Source: Felis catus
Taxonomy: Eukaryota
Length of the DNA stretch: 64,000 bases
Reading direction: 5' to 3'
Assembly: GCF_018350175.1 (NCBI RefSeq)
Contig: NC_058368.1
Span: forward strand, 133,054,001-133,118,000
A model generated the notes under the pieces. The model was not told the DNA's origin. It did not search any database and worked only from the letters and a program-made list of their open reading frames with translations. The position numbers and the translations under genes were made by a program. Each line of letters starts with the position of its first letter. Positions within the stretch are counted from its first letter, which is position 1. This document shows positions 48,350-61,268 of this stretch, one piece after another.

Positions 48350-49784
48350 CAGGTGTGTGCTGGCACGTGTTGCACAACTGGCTTTCTCACTGAACTTCTG
48401 CCACGAGTATTGGTTGACATTTTTACTTACATCAATAAGGGTTTCAGAACTTCACTGTTCATCAATGGCATGAGGGACTTGGCTGAATTACATAACCATT
48501 CCCAAGTGCTGGAATATTTCTTCAATTTTTTGGTGCCATTCACAATGTGACAACTACCAACATGATTTTTTTAAAAAGATTTTATTTTTAATGAATCTCT
48601 ACAACCAATGCAGAACTCAAACTCACAACCCCAAGATCAAGAGTTGCTCATTCTTCCAAGCGAGCCAGCTAGGCGCCCCCCAATGTGAAATATATATATA
48701 AACTTAAAAAAATGTTTATTGATTTGTGAGAGAGACAGAGAGTGTGAGAGAGGAGATAGAGCATCTGACACAGGCCCCAGGCTCTGAGCTGTCAACACAG
48801 AGCCCAAAATGGGGCTTGAACCCATGAACTGTGAGATCATGACCTGAACCCAAGTTGGACGCTTAACCAGCTGAACCACCCAGGTGTCCCTAAAAAATTT
48901 TTTTTCTTAAAGTTTATTTATTTATTTTGAGAGAGTCAAAGCATGAGTGCAGGAGGGGCAGAAAGAGGGAGAGAGAGAGAATCCCAAGGAGGCTCCCCAC
49001 TGCTAGCACAGAGCACAGGGCTCAGACTCCCAAAACTGTGAGATCATGACCTGAGCCAAAACCAAGAGTCAGACGCTTAACCAAATGAGCTACTCAGGTG
49101 CCCCTACATACCATAATGTGTGTGTGTGTGTGTGTGTGTGTGTATTTTTTTTTTTTTTTTGAAGCAGGCTTCACACCCAGTGCAGAGCCCAATTTGGGGC
49201 TTGAACTCATGACCATGAGATCAAGATCTGAGCTGAGACCAAGAGTTGCACACTTAACCAACTGAGTGAGCCACCCAGGTACCACCAACATGATATATTT
49301 TAAAGCTGAATCTATGTTATTAAGATTTTCCCATGACTTTCTTAGGTCTAAACAACCAGTGGAACAATAGATCAAGCCCTAATTCATAGCATTGCAGATT
49401 TCTGCTATGTAAATGCTCCCAGCATGGAAGACATTTGGAAAAGATGTACAGTAGCACATTATATGATATTATTATATATATCATGTATATAATAGATATT
49501 AATGCCATATATTATTGTGTAGCATATCCACCATATAGATGCAATAGATGTAAATAACCTGAAGAGCAGAGATTACAGTGAAATAATTAAGAAGCCATGG
49601 GTTCTGAGTGTTTAGGCAATATATAATATTAAATTAAAAATACAAATTATGAAATATTTAATTGTAAGACTGTATAAGTTAGTTTTTAGTAATGGCTGCA
49701 TTTAACAACTGGCTGACAATATTCCTGAAAAATGTAGCAACCAGATGTCATGAGATAGCGCAAGCTGGCTTCCACACACCCCTG
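48350..49784. mobile_element. MER63-like hAT (Blackjack) non-autonomous transposon containing a four-SINE cluster
   Basis: Inverted termini caggtgtgtgctgg and ccacacacccctg. Subterminal ttaacaactggct and attcctgaaaaat match the recalled MER63 end. Confidence 0.65.
48567..49283 (-). mobile_element. Cluster of four co-oriented CanSINEs (~48567-48679, 48705-48890, 48895-49104, 49145-49283)
   Basis: Four tRNA-derived heads. The whole block is flanked by accaacatgat at 48556-48566 and 49284-49294. (TG)n at 49117-49143. Confidence 0.92.
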
Positions 49785-51295
49785 CTGTTCCTCCTTACCA
49801 GTGACTCAAATTCAACCCAATCCGCAAGGTCCGGCCAAAACTCCAGCTTGCTCTAAGACCTTCCAACTACACCATCAGGTCTTTCTTTGCATAAATCCTT
49901 CAGTCCTTTCAGTTGATACCTGTCCTTAACACCTATCTGATACCATTATTCAATTCTGTCTTTTATTTTTAGAGGCTCTGTTGCATCAACACTATGGTCA
50001 ACTCTCTGAGGGCAGGGGGCTTGCTTCGTACCTTTGCACTTTCTGAAAATAGTTGGTATAATCTTCACACATGAGGTACTTGATATTATGCTGTTAGTTT
50101 AGTTGCTTTCTGGATAAATTAGCTATGTGCAGTTCTATCCTCTCCATTTGTCCCCATCTCCTAAAGATGAGCATAGAAAAAGCAAATGGGAGTCTATTGT
50201 ATTTGCATAGCTCAGACATCAGTGACTTTAGAGGTTGCAAAACTCACTTAGTGTGACCTTGGCACACACTGTTCACATCTCCAGACTCTCTTTCTTTGAA
50301 AAGATCATCCTTTGGCCCTCAGAGCCCTGGGCAGCCCACATCCAAACATCATTACCGTATGGCGTTACTTGCCTCCCCTGAGTCACCTCATCCTTTTCTT
50401 ATGCAGGGGCTCTGTCTACCTGTTGAATTTTGAATGAAAATCCAATGAACAGAAGCTCTGCACTGAATTCTATATTTTGTTCCTTGCTGTGCTTCTATGA
50501 ATATAAAACACCAAGACAAAGGGGAGAGTCAGCAGGTAGAGATCAACACTATCCATATTTAATGGAAAGAGAGCCTGGCTTCATAGATGGGAAAAGCCAT
50601 GTTAGAAGAAGGCCAAGTTCGGTAACTTGTCCGTGCTTACTGAGCCTCTGGCAAAAAAAAGGAGTATATATCTTATTACAAATTTTCCTGAGTTGTAGTA
50701 CCATCATTTTAACTCCTAAGGAGAAAAAAACCCAAACAAGTAAGAGATTAAATAATGATTGGTAATCAGGAAACGTCTTTCACGTACAATGGAGTACAAA
50801 AGTGGGGACAGGGATCTACATCTTTCACCAAGAATTTAAGCTCTCTGTGACTGGGCTGGCCCAGTGCCCACCAGTTTCTCTCTTTAGGAGGTAGACACTG
50901 GAACACCCAGTCTCCATCCTCTACCAGAAAGTCACAGGTTATAAGGCAGAAATGCCGGAGATAGTGGTCTCCCTACCTGTCACTGGGTATGTGGTTCCCA
51001 CTGTGAAACCCACAGTGGCTCTTGGCAAGGCTCTCCTAGTGAAAGCATATCTCAGCAGTTTCTTCTCTGGTTCTCTATTGTTTTCAACATCTTTCTCAGG
51101 AAACTCCTCTGTTGGCAACATGGTCAGTAGCAGTAGCTTCAGTTACAGCACCTGTAGCTCTCAATAGCTATGCCTTCCAGAATCCTTTTCAGGGCTCCTG
51201 GGATCTCTCCTGGGTCTCAAGACTCTCCAGGAGATGCCACATCTCTTTGCAGCTGGGCAGACACCATCACTTTTTCTGCATTAAATATATAAATA

Positions 51296-51390
51296 GGGGC
51301 ACCTGAGTGGCTAAGTTGATTATGTCTCTGACTCGATATTGGCTCAGGTCATGTTCTCACATTTCCTGAGATCGAGCCCCACATGGGGCT
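51296..51390 (+). mobile_element. CanSINE 5' fragment
   Basis: ggggcacctgagtggctaag, ctcaggtcatg and tcgagccccac are present. No tail. Confidence 0.8.
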
Positions 51391-51950
51391 CCTTTTGCAC
51401 TAGACATAGGAACATTAATGAAAATCTTCTAGAAAGATCCGGAAGCTCCCAACCTACACTCGCTAGGACAATGGGCTGCTTCTTGTACTCACTTCTGCCT
51501 CCTCATTTAACTAGTTGCTCATTGACTCATTCAGCCACCCACTCAATATTTGTTGAATACCTACTATGTGCCTGGTATGGAGAATTAGAAATAGTGCTCC
51601 TTTTCAAGGTGCTCACCGTCTAATAATAATTGTTACTGTTATGTCAACAACAACTGAAAATACTTATAGAATGCTTAGTATGTGCCATTCTCAATACCAT
51701 TAGGTAAATACTCTCATTCTTCCCCACTTTCAAGTGAGAAACCAAGGCACAGAGCTCCCCGTGTTCACACAGCTAGACAAATAAATAGACACTGACTACT
51801 TCATGTCATAGCCCGGTGATGCAGAGAAGTCCCTGGGCAGACTGTATATTCACAAGTCAGTTGTGATTCAAACATAACCTGCTATATACTCATACCCTTT
51901 CCTAATTCTAGGATTTTCCAGAGGTAATGTCATTTAAAAAAGAAAAAATA

Positions 51951-52071
51951 AGGGTGCTTGGATGGCATAGTCAGCCGTCTGACTTCTGCTCAGGTCATGA
52001 TCTCCCAGTGTGAGTGGTGTGAGATTGAGCCCTACTTTGGGCTCCATGCCAAATGGTAGCCTGCTTGGGAT

Positions 52072-52116
<45 letters not shown>

Positions 52117-52178
52117 TCCTCCACTCGTGCATGCACTTTTTCTCAAAATAAATAAATAAACTAAAAAAAAAGAAAAAA
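51951..52178 (+). mobile_element. CanSINE with expanded (CT)n
   Basis: TSD aaaaaagaaaaaata, (CT)n at about 52073-52114. Confidence 0.9.
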
Positions 52179-53684
52179 TATTTTTAAGAGAAACTAACAG
52201 GAAATCAATAACAATAAAATGAGAAAATGCTCATCTAAAATGGAAAAAACCTTCAGTTTTAAGATTGGCATGGCCTTTAACCTACAGATGTCTTTAGTCA
52301 TTCGGGCAAATTTCAACCCCATTTTTGGAGAAATGGTCTTTATAGGACTGAATTAGAAAGAGTCTGAGAGATCTGTGATTGTTGAGGAACTCTCAGGAAA
52401 CCTTCTCAAAGTAGAAAAGGTGAGGCACATGGAGCCCCGCTCCTTGCGCCTGGGAGAAAGCCTTCTGGTGGGGGGTGGGGTGGGGGGGAAACTCCTGGAG
52501 CAGCAAGGCTGCTCTCACACTGTGCATCTGCAGAGCTGCACCTCCCACCAGTGTGCCAAGTTAATTTGGCAGCTCTTTGAAGGTGAAGCGATGCCAGATC
52601 TCCTTGTGCTAGGCTTTTAAGGACTGAAAGAGGGCATTTGAACATGAATCAGATGACCCACAGTTTGAGAGGCTTAATCAATGCACGCTCTGGCTATAGC
52701 CACATGATACCACATCCTTCATCGGCTCTATCAATTCAGAGAGGAAGAAAAGTCAGTACAGTGCAACCCCCGCTAAGTTTCATGAGATTGGAAGAAGTCC
52801 TTACACTGACCTCCTCAGCCAGTGGTTTTCCTGTCATGTAGCAATGACAGCCCGTAGTTGGTTTCTGTCTTTTGGGTGATAATCTGCTTTGGAGATCAGC
52901 TAAGAACACTTGCTCTGAGAGCTGAATCCTCCTGGTGGTTATTTTTCCACACTAGTTGGGGGCACGACAGAAGTTTTTCCTGTTGGCAAGAACAGAAGAT
53001 GATGCCAAAAGGAAAGAGTTTAATGAGCTCTTGGCAGTGATTGTGCACTTATTTTTAGAAGAAGAGCATTACATTCCAATGTGGTTTTGCAAAGCAATAA
53101 TTCTTTGTTGTCTTCTTCATAGCCATACTTTTCCTGACTGTGGGGAGACAGCGACAGTAAATCATTTTAAGTAATACAGGACATTTAATGAAAATTTTTT
53201 GTTTGATGCTAAGAGATTGGAGGAGGCTTTGCCAATTATTTTTTTGCTTTTATTTCTTCAAATATTCTCTCTTTTTCTCTCTCTCTCTCCTCCTTCTGGG
53301 ACTCCCATTGTGCGTCTGTTGGTATGATTGATGGCGCTCAACAGGCTTCTTAGATTTTTTTCATTTCATTATTTTTTCTTTCATTTTCTTGGACTGGATA
53401 TTCTCAATGGACTTATCTTCAAGTAGTAAAATTTTAATTCCAGTTACTGTAATTTTCAACTTTAGAATTTCTTTTTGGTTCCTTTTAATAATTTCTCTCT
53501 TTATTGATATTGTCTGTTTGGTCAGACACTGTTCTCATGATTTCCTTTAGCTCTTTGAACATATTTAAAATAGCTGATTTAAAATCTTTTTCTAGTAACT
53601 CTAGTATCTGGACTACTTCAGAGACAGTTTCTATTGGGTGTGTTCCCCCCCGTGTATGGACCATAATTTCTTGTTTTCCTACAG

Positions 53685-54356
53685 TTTTTTTTTTAATTTT
53701 TTTTTAACGTTTATTTATGTTTGAGACAGAGAGAGAGACAGAGCATGAACGGGGGAGGGTCAGAGAGAGGGAGACACAGAATCTGAAACAGGCTCCAGGC
53801 TCTGAGCTGTCAGCACAGAGCCCGACGCGGGGCTTGAACTCACGGACCGCGAGATCATGACCTGAGCCAAAGTCGGCCGCTTAACCGACTGAGCCACCCA
53901 GGCACCCCCCTACAGTTTTTTTTTAAGTTTATTTATCTTGAGAGAAAGAGAGAGAGAGAGGCAGGGAGGGAGAGAAAATCCCAAGCAGGCTCCATGCTGT
54001 CAGCGCAGAGGCCAATGCAGGGCTTGATCTCATGAACCATGAGATCATGACCTGAGCTGAAATCAAGAGTTGGATGCTTAACTGACTGAGCCACCCAGGT
54101 GTCCCCATATCACCCAACTTCTATTTATTTATTAAAAATACTTTTTAAGGTTTATTTTATTTTTGAGAGACAGTGAGAGAGAGACCCAGAGCACCAGCGG
54201 GGGAGGGGCACGGAGAGGGAGACACAGGATCTGAAGCAGGCTCCAGGCTCTGAGCTGTCAGTACAGAGCCTGACATGGGGCTTGACCTTATAGACTGCAA
54301 GATCATGACCTGAGCTGAAGTCCGACACTTAACCAACTGAGCCACCCAGGCGCCCC
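53685..54356 (-). mobile_element. Three co-oriented CanSINEs (~53685-53909, 53916-54106, 54143-54356)
   Basis: Three heads. The first copy has TSD ctacagttttttttt and inserted at the tail end of the second. Confidence 0.93.
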
Positions 54357-54877
54357 AACAACTTTTAAATGAAAACTGGATATTGAGGGCATTATAATGT
54401 ATGACTCTGGAAGTAAGATTCTCCATCTTCCCCAGAGTTTGTTGTTTCTGCTTGTTTTCATTGTTTGTTTTCTAGTGACTTTTTTGGCCCAGAGTTTAAG
54501 TCTGTATTTTTGTCATTTGTGACCACTGAAGTTTCTTTTCTGTTAGCCTCGTGATCAGTTAATGAGTGCATACAGATTTCCTTGAAAGTTTGGAAATCGC
54601 ATATCTCCTATTTTTGCATAGGGGCTGTCTGTGGGTGTTGGGATCCACCTTCAGTACTCAGCCCAGAAGTTTGTAAGTCTGAGTCTTCACTTCCTGTGTG
54701 TGTGCAGAGTTCAGGTCAGCCAGGAGTGAGGGTGTAAGGCCTTCTCAGGTCTTTTGTGAATATGTGCACAGTCTCGTTTATGTATGTGGCTTTCCAGATT
54801 ACAAGGAACACGCTGGAACTTTTCAAAGCCCTTTTGCCCCAAGTGTATTATTTCCCAGACTTTCCTCCATGCTTTTT

Positions 54878-55027
54878 TTCATTTCATTTCATTTTTTTTT
54901 GGTTGTATGTATGTATGTATGTATGTATGTATGTATGTATTTAAGTAATCTTTCCCCCCCAGCGTGGGACTTGAACTTATGACCCTGAGATCAAGAGTCA
55001 CTTGTGACTGAGCCAGCCAGGTTCCCC
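54878..55027 (-). mobile_element. Short old-type CanSINE with (TATG)n tail
   Basis: TSD tcctccatgctttt, (TATG)n at about 54905-54940. Confidence 0.85.
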
Positions 55028-56388
55028 TCCTCCATGCTTTTTAATCTATTGTTCGTTCCAATTGTGAATTGTAGATGTTTTTACAACATTTACAATCATA
55101 ACATTCTAAGTATTTTTGACAAATGCCCCTTGGATAGTGGTTATCTTGCTGGGGGTGTTCCAGTAAGTGAGAAAAGCATGCCCTTTGAGCTGGTCTTTCA
55201 GGGAAGCACAGGACAGATCAAATGAGGACAGTTCTTGGCAAAAGAGAGTCATTCTGCTCCCTCTGGTATCAGTACTGATACTGGGAATGAGGGCTGTTAC
55301 TTTCAAGGCAACTGTTAAGCTGAGGACAAGTCAACGGGACTAGGGTAAATTAAAATGCCCCAGAGCTCACTGTTCTTACAGAGATTCAGCCTTTTTTCTT
55401 GATTAAGTGCCCCCAAAGTTTTAGCAAGCCATTGGTTCATTTACAGGGTTCCAGAGAAAGTTAATTCTGACAGTTTTTGCCAGTGTTTAAGTTGCTCTTA
55501 TGGAGGAGTGGACTTTTGCAGTTTCTTACTCTGACATTGTCACTGGCACCACCTTGCCTATTTTTCTCCCAGGGTTGTTGGACCTTATTCTTGTATTCTT
55601 AGAAGTTCTTTCTCTATTACAGATATTAATACCCCATGATCTTGGCTATAAATAGTTTTGCCCAGTTCATCTTTTGGTATTTTACTTTGTTCATGGTGCT
55701 TTGGCCTATGCAAAAGTTTTTGATTATTCTATTATCAAATGTACTAATCTTTTCTCTTATGGATTTGAGTCATAGTGAGGAAAATTGACCCTCTCTCTAA
55801 TTCTAGATCTGTTTACCGGTGTTTTCTTATGGTATTTATATAGATTTAAGTTTTACATGTAAATCTTTAATCCATTTAACAGTGTGTAGTGTGAGAAATG
55901 GATCCAATTTTATCTTTTTCATATAGCTAGTCAGTTACACTCTTAGCGTGTATCTTTCCTCTCTGACTTGATGCTTTCTTTATTGTATATGAAATTTTCC
56001 TGTGCACTTAGGCCTATATCTGAATTTTCTGTTCTATTGCATCGGTTTCTCTAGTCATGTGCCACCACTTAAAGAGGCTTTATTTTATATAAGCTAGTTT
56101 CCTGTCCTGCTCACATTATTTTTCTTTTATTTAGGTTCCCCCCAACCTGGCTATTATTTATTTTTCTTCCCAGTAAACTTTATAGTACACTTAGTTTGTG
56201 CCAGACAAAAATTCTGATGATATTTTACATCAGGGTTGTGTTAAACTTATGTATTACCTTCATGGTAACTGATATGCCAAAACATGCTGTATTTCTCTAC
56301 TTTTTCAGATCAACTTTTGGGACTTAAGGGAGTGCTTTGTAGCTTCTCTCATACAGATTTTGGGCATTTCTTAAGTTTGCACCTATGT

Positions 56389-57630
56389 GTTCATGGATTG
56401 GAAGAACACATATTGTTAAAATGTTGATACTACCCAAAGTAGTATCTACATATTCAGTGCAATCCCTATGAAAATAATTACCAGCATTCCTCACAGAGCT
56501 GGAACGAACAATCCTAAAATATGTATGTAACCAGAAAAGACCCTGAATAGAGAAAGCAATCCTGAAAAAGAAAACCAAAGCTGGAGGCATCACAATCCCA
56601 AACATCAAGATGTATTACAAAGCGGTAATCATCAAGACAGTATGGTACTGGCACAAAAACAGACACTCAGGTCAGTGGAACAGAATAGAGAGCACAGAAA
56701 TGGACCCACAAATGTATGGCCAACTAATCTTTGACAAAGCAGGAAAGAATATCCAGTGGAATAAAGACAGTCTCTTCAGCAAGTGGTGCTGGGAAAACTG
56801 GACAGCGACATGCAGAAAAATGAACCTGGACCACTTTCTTACACCATACACAAAATTAATCTCAAAATGGATGAAAGACTTAAACAGGAAGCCATCAAAA
56901 TCCTAGAGGAGAAAGCAGGAAAAAATCTCTTTGACCTCAGCTGCAGCAACTTCTTACTCAATACATCTCTGGAGTCAAGGGAAACCAAAACAAAAATGAA
57001 CTATTGGGACCTCATCAAAATAAAAAGCTTCTGCCCAGCAAAGGAAACAATCAGCAAAACTAAAAGGCAACCAGCGGAATGGGAGAAGATATTGCAAATG
57101 ACATATCAGATAATGGGTTAGTACCCAAAATTTATAAAGAACTTATCAAACTCAATACCCAAAAAACAATCCAGTGAAGAAATGGGCAAAAGACATGAAT
57201 AGACACTTCCCCTAAGAAGACATCCAGATGGCCAGCCGACACGTGAAAAAATGCTCAACATCACTCATCATCAGGCAAATACAAATCAAAACTACCATGA
57301 GATACCACCTCACACCTGTCAGAATGGCTAACATTAACAACTCAGGCAATAACAGATGTTGGCAAGGATGCAGAGAAAGAGGATCTCTTTTGCACTGCTG
57401 GTGGGAATACAAACTGGTGCAGCCACTGTGGAAAACTGAGGTTCCTCAAAAAGTTAAAAATAGAACTACCCTATGGCCCAGAAATTGCACTACTAGGTAT
57501 TTATCCAAGGGATACTGGTACGCTGTTTCAAAGGGGCACATGCACTCTAATGTTTATAGCAGCACTACCGACAATAGTCAAAGTATGGAAAGAGCCCAAA
57601 TGTCCATTGACGGATGAATGGATAAAAAAG

Positions 57631-57673
<43 letters not shown>

Positions 57674-58110
57674 CGTGTGCGTGTGTGTGTATACATACAC
57701 ATGTACACAATGGGGTATTACTCAGCAATCAAAAAGAATGAAATCTTGCCATTTGCAGCTACGTGGATGGAACTGGAGGGTATTGTGCTAAACAAAATTA
57801 GAGAAAGACAAATACATGACTTCACTCATATAAGGACTTTAAGAGACAAAACAGATGAACATAAGGGAAGGGAAGCAAAAATAATAAAAATGAGGGGGAC
57901 AAAGCATAAGAGACTCTTAAATACAGAGAACAAACTGAGGGCTGCTGGAGGGGTTGTGGGTGGGGAGATGGGCTAAGTGGGCAAGGGGCATTAAGGAAGA
58001 CACTTGTTGGGATGAGCACTAGGCGCTATACATAGGGGATGGATCACTAGAATCTACTCCTGAAATCATTACTGCACTGTGTGCTAATTTGGATGTAAAT
58101 TAAAAAAAAA
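56389..58110 (+). mobile_element. 5'-truncated L1 (~1.7 kb), same lineage as the inner L1
   Basis: TSD aagtttgcacctatgt at 56373-56388 and 58111-58126 (TT/AAG target). Poly-A tail. ORF2 fragments [17 protein letters not shown] and [16 protein letters not shown]. The 3' end ttggatgtaaatt matches the inner L1. Confidence 0.95.
57632..57690. repeat. (TG)n/(TGCG)n microsatellite inside the L1 ORF2 C-terminus
   Basis: Read directly from the sequence. Confidence 0.95.
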
Positions 58111-60205
58111 AAGTTTGCACCTATGTATTTTATTTCATATTTTGATATCATAAATGGGCATTCTCTTTCATTCTGCTTCTTCTTTGTATATGTAAAGTCT
58201 ATTAATTTTGGTTTCTTGATTTTATAATCTGCTATTTTATTATTATAAATGATAGTTTTTCCACGAGTTCTTTTGGGTTTTCCAAATATAAAATAATAAC
58301 AGCCTCTGGGATATCACATTTTGGTGGTTTTGGCAAGGACTGTGAAAACTCCCTGATGACAAAGTTCCGGACATCAATATTTATTAATAAGACCCATACA
58401 CCAACGTTATCTCTCATGCCTTTCAGTGTTTCTTATGGCATTGCTATGATCTTAGGCCTAAACTAGCCTCTGGAAGAGAATTTAAAAAGTGACATTATCA
58501 GGACCCTTTGTGTCTACAAATACACATATGTAAACACTCACTCACTCACATACACAGTCTGTTTTGTGTTTGAGAAACGAATGCATGTAGAGAGCTGAAG
58601 ATGTTCCAACCCAATGAGGTTACCAGGTAAATGCATGTTGAAAACGACCTCACCCCCTCGTTACCATTTGCCGAAGCTGGGATAATAACTCCTGAAATTG
58701 TGCTAATGCTCTTGACTCTTTCGATGCAATTTTGTGCTTCACATTGTTTTCTTCCTTTTATAATTAATCCTCTGGCACCATGTGGGGTGGTGGTGATCTC
58801 GTGATTTCCCAGAAAACCAGGCTACCCAGGCTAGTCAGCTGGCTAAGGGTGAAGCAGGGATTAGAACTCAGATTTTCCGTCTTAATGTCTATTCTTTCCA
58901 ACATACTCAAATACCCGCAAACCCTTTTGTTGCTATTAAAGCTCATTTCTTACCTTCCCTCAGCGGAATGTGGAACAGCTGCTCAGCATCCCCTATTATA
59001 ATATCTCTTCATATGTATGAATCCTGCGATTTTGTTCCCTTCCAGCTTCCCCTTCGGCAGGTTAAATCGCCCCGATTCTGTTCCTCGTAGAGTTTATCTC
59101 CCACCTCTTTTGTCAGCTTTAACAAAGAGGTTGTGACTCTTGGGTCCCTGCTCAACAGAGCTCTTCCTCATTATTTTGTAACCTTTATACCTCCTTCCAG
59201 GGAGAGTTAAATAAAGCCTGTGGATTTTTGATACGAACGTCTGGCAGGCTCGCGCTCACACAGAAAGGTTTCCAGCAAGGCTCACTGATGAAAGCTTCGC
59301 TTCAGTGACTGTGGCTCATTCATGGCGGATGAAAGGCAAGAGCTCCTTGGCTCATTCCAAAACCCACAAATGGGGACGGTGCCCACGCAAAGGTCCAAAT
59401 TCCAGAGCAAGTCCCATTTTGGCAGGAAGAGATGGGTTGTCATGAGGATATTTAGAAACTAGGAACCACTGGCTAATTACTTCAGGTGAATAATTCATTT
59501 TTTTGGAAAGACACTGTTCTTTCAGCTTGTTAATCGTGTGTAAAAATTATCCTTGACCTAGAATTTCATTATTGCACCTGAGCCAGCCTGAAAATTAGAG
59601 AAATTAAATGCCATAAAATAGAAGTAGTAAAAAGGAGAATAAACCTTGAGGGTTAACAGCCAGGCGATGTTCTGGATGTTAAAGCATGAAGCATGTCAAA
59701 CGTGCTTCAGTGGTATTTTAAAAATGACACCAGATTCTACTTCTCTTTCGGGATTCCCAGCTTTTCTTTCTAGCTGCTTCTCTCTGTACCCACAAAGAAG
59801 GTGTCAGGTTTGGATGATGGGGGGCACACCATCCATCAACCAAGTTACTCACTTTCCCTTTCTAGGAACGGTAAGTAGCTGTCACTCTCCTTCGCAGAGC
59901 ATTGATCTGTGAGTCAGGGAAATGGGTTCATGGCTTACATGAGCAGCTGCTGCTTTTTTGTGAAGAAAATCCCTCTGCAGCTGAGCACAGAGTCCTCCCT
60001 TGGATATCCTGGTTGATCTGTCACTGAGCCCTTCAGGAAAATGTAGGAAAGACAGGCTTCTGAAAGGAAGATGCTCCTCAAGACTAGTGTCATCCCAGAT
60101 CAAGCAGAGCAAGAGGGAGAGGTTTGAGACAGCTTCTTTCGTGTTCCACATCTTCAAGTGAAGATAGTGACTGACACTGATTCCTTATTTGTTTGAAAAG
60201 AATTT

Positions 60206-60428
60206 GGGGGTGCCTGGGTGGCTTGGTTGGTTGGACATCTGACTCTTGATTTTAGCTCTGGTCATGATCCCAGGATTGTGGGATCGAGCACCATGTCGGG
60301 CTCCATGCTTAGTGTGGAGCCTGTTTGAGAATTTCTCTCTCTCTTTCTCTCTCTCTTTCTCTGTCTCTTCCTCTGCCTCTCTCCCCCACTCAATCTCTCG
60401 AAAGAAAGAAAGAGAGAAAGAAAGAAAA

Positions 60429-60480
<52 letters not shown>
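60206..60480 (+). mobile_element. CanSINE (older type) with (GAAA)n tail
   Basis: TSD aaagaatt, (GAAA)n at about 60400-60485. Confidence 0.93.
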
Positions 60481-60484
<4 letters not shown>

Positions 60485-61046
60485 ATTAGGATAATGAATG
60501 AGTGCAGAGAACTTTCCAGAAGGGAGAAATGTGGTGAATCAAGGGTAAAGGTGTGAATGATGAGGCTACTTGAGGGCCAAGAGTCTACCTCACCTGGTGC
60601 ACGGCAGGGCTGACAAGAGAGGTTCTCAGAAGCATGGTGAGTCAGGTGGGGCCTCTGCTGCTTCCTGAGCAGGGAAGGGACATTTATAAATGTGGTGTTT
60701 TGGGGAAAGAGTCTGATGGTGGTGTGCAGCATGGTCTGAGGAGCAGCTGTGGGGATGAAGGGAGAGGATGACCCCAGCATCTATCATGAAGGGACTTTGC
60801 TCTGACCTGTGACAACAGGAAGTGTGGTGAAGTGGAGGAAAGCAGTCTGGGCAATAAAAGGATGACATTTGAATCCTTGTTCTGCTTTTGACCAGCTGGA
60901 TAACATTAAGAAGCACTTCCCTGAAGAAGTCAGGGTTTCAAACTGGATGTGGCCTGTGTATCAGTTTTCACCCACAGATGTGTCTACACTGGCGAACACG
61001 GTGCTGTGGTTTTCATAGTCCCCACCAAGTTTCTCTTGCGTCACAC

Positions 61047-61268
61047 TTTATTTCTGTATTTTTTAGTGTTCATTCATTTTTTGAGAAAGAATGCGTGTAC
61101 ATGTGAATAGGGGAGGAGCAGAGAGAGAGGGAGACAGAGAATCCTAAGCAAGCTCCATGCTGTCAGCGCAGAGCCCAACATAGGGCTAGAACCCATGAAC
61201 CATGAGATCATGACCTAAGCTGAAATCGAGAGTCAGACACTTAACCAAGTGAGCCACCCAGGCACCCC
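61047..61268 (-). mobile_element. CanSINE
   Basis: TSD tgc[g/t]tcacac. Confidence 0.92.

Larger units (their letters stand above)
53225..55555 (-). mobile_element. Ancient L1M 5'/ORF1-region relic with four SINE insertions
   Basis: T-rich sequence with the phrases tcttcaaatattctct and ccttctgggactcccatt, typical of antisense old L1 ORF1. Boundaries are approximate. Confidence 0.55.
55556..58290 (-). mobile_element. Ancient L1 ORF2 relic hosting the younger plus-strand L1
   Basis: Degenerate antisense ORF2 on both sides of 56389-58110. The minus-strand translation ILYLENPKELVEKL near 58250-58290 is L1 RT-like. Confidence 0.7.

Noticed and set aside
52975..53100. Coding-looking stretch TEDDAKRKEFNELLAVIV
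   Set aside because: There is no good splice donor/acceptor pair and I recognise no homologue.
59282..59308. Hairpin tcactgatgaaagcttcgcttcagtga containing CUGAUGA followed by a short stem, resembling a hammerhead ribozyme core
   Set aside because: The required GAAA after stem II is absent (CAGUG follows), and I could not place stems I and III with an NUH cleavage site.
1922..60780. Many 60-170 aa ORFs with MAQSV..., SSPASGSVLTAQSLEP, ERERER, SLSLSL, CVCVCV or SFFL repeats
   Set aside because: These are translations of CanSINE bodies and microsatellites, not genes.
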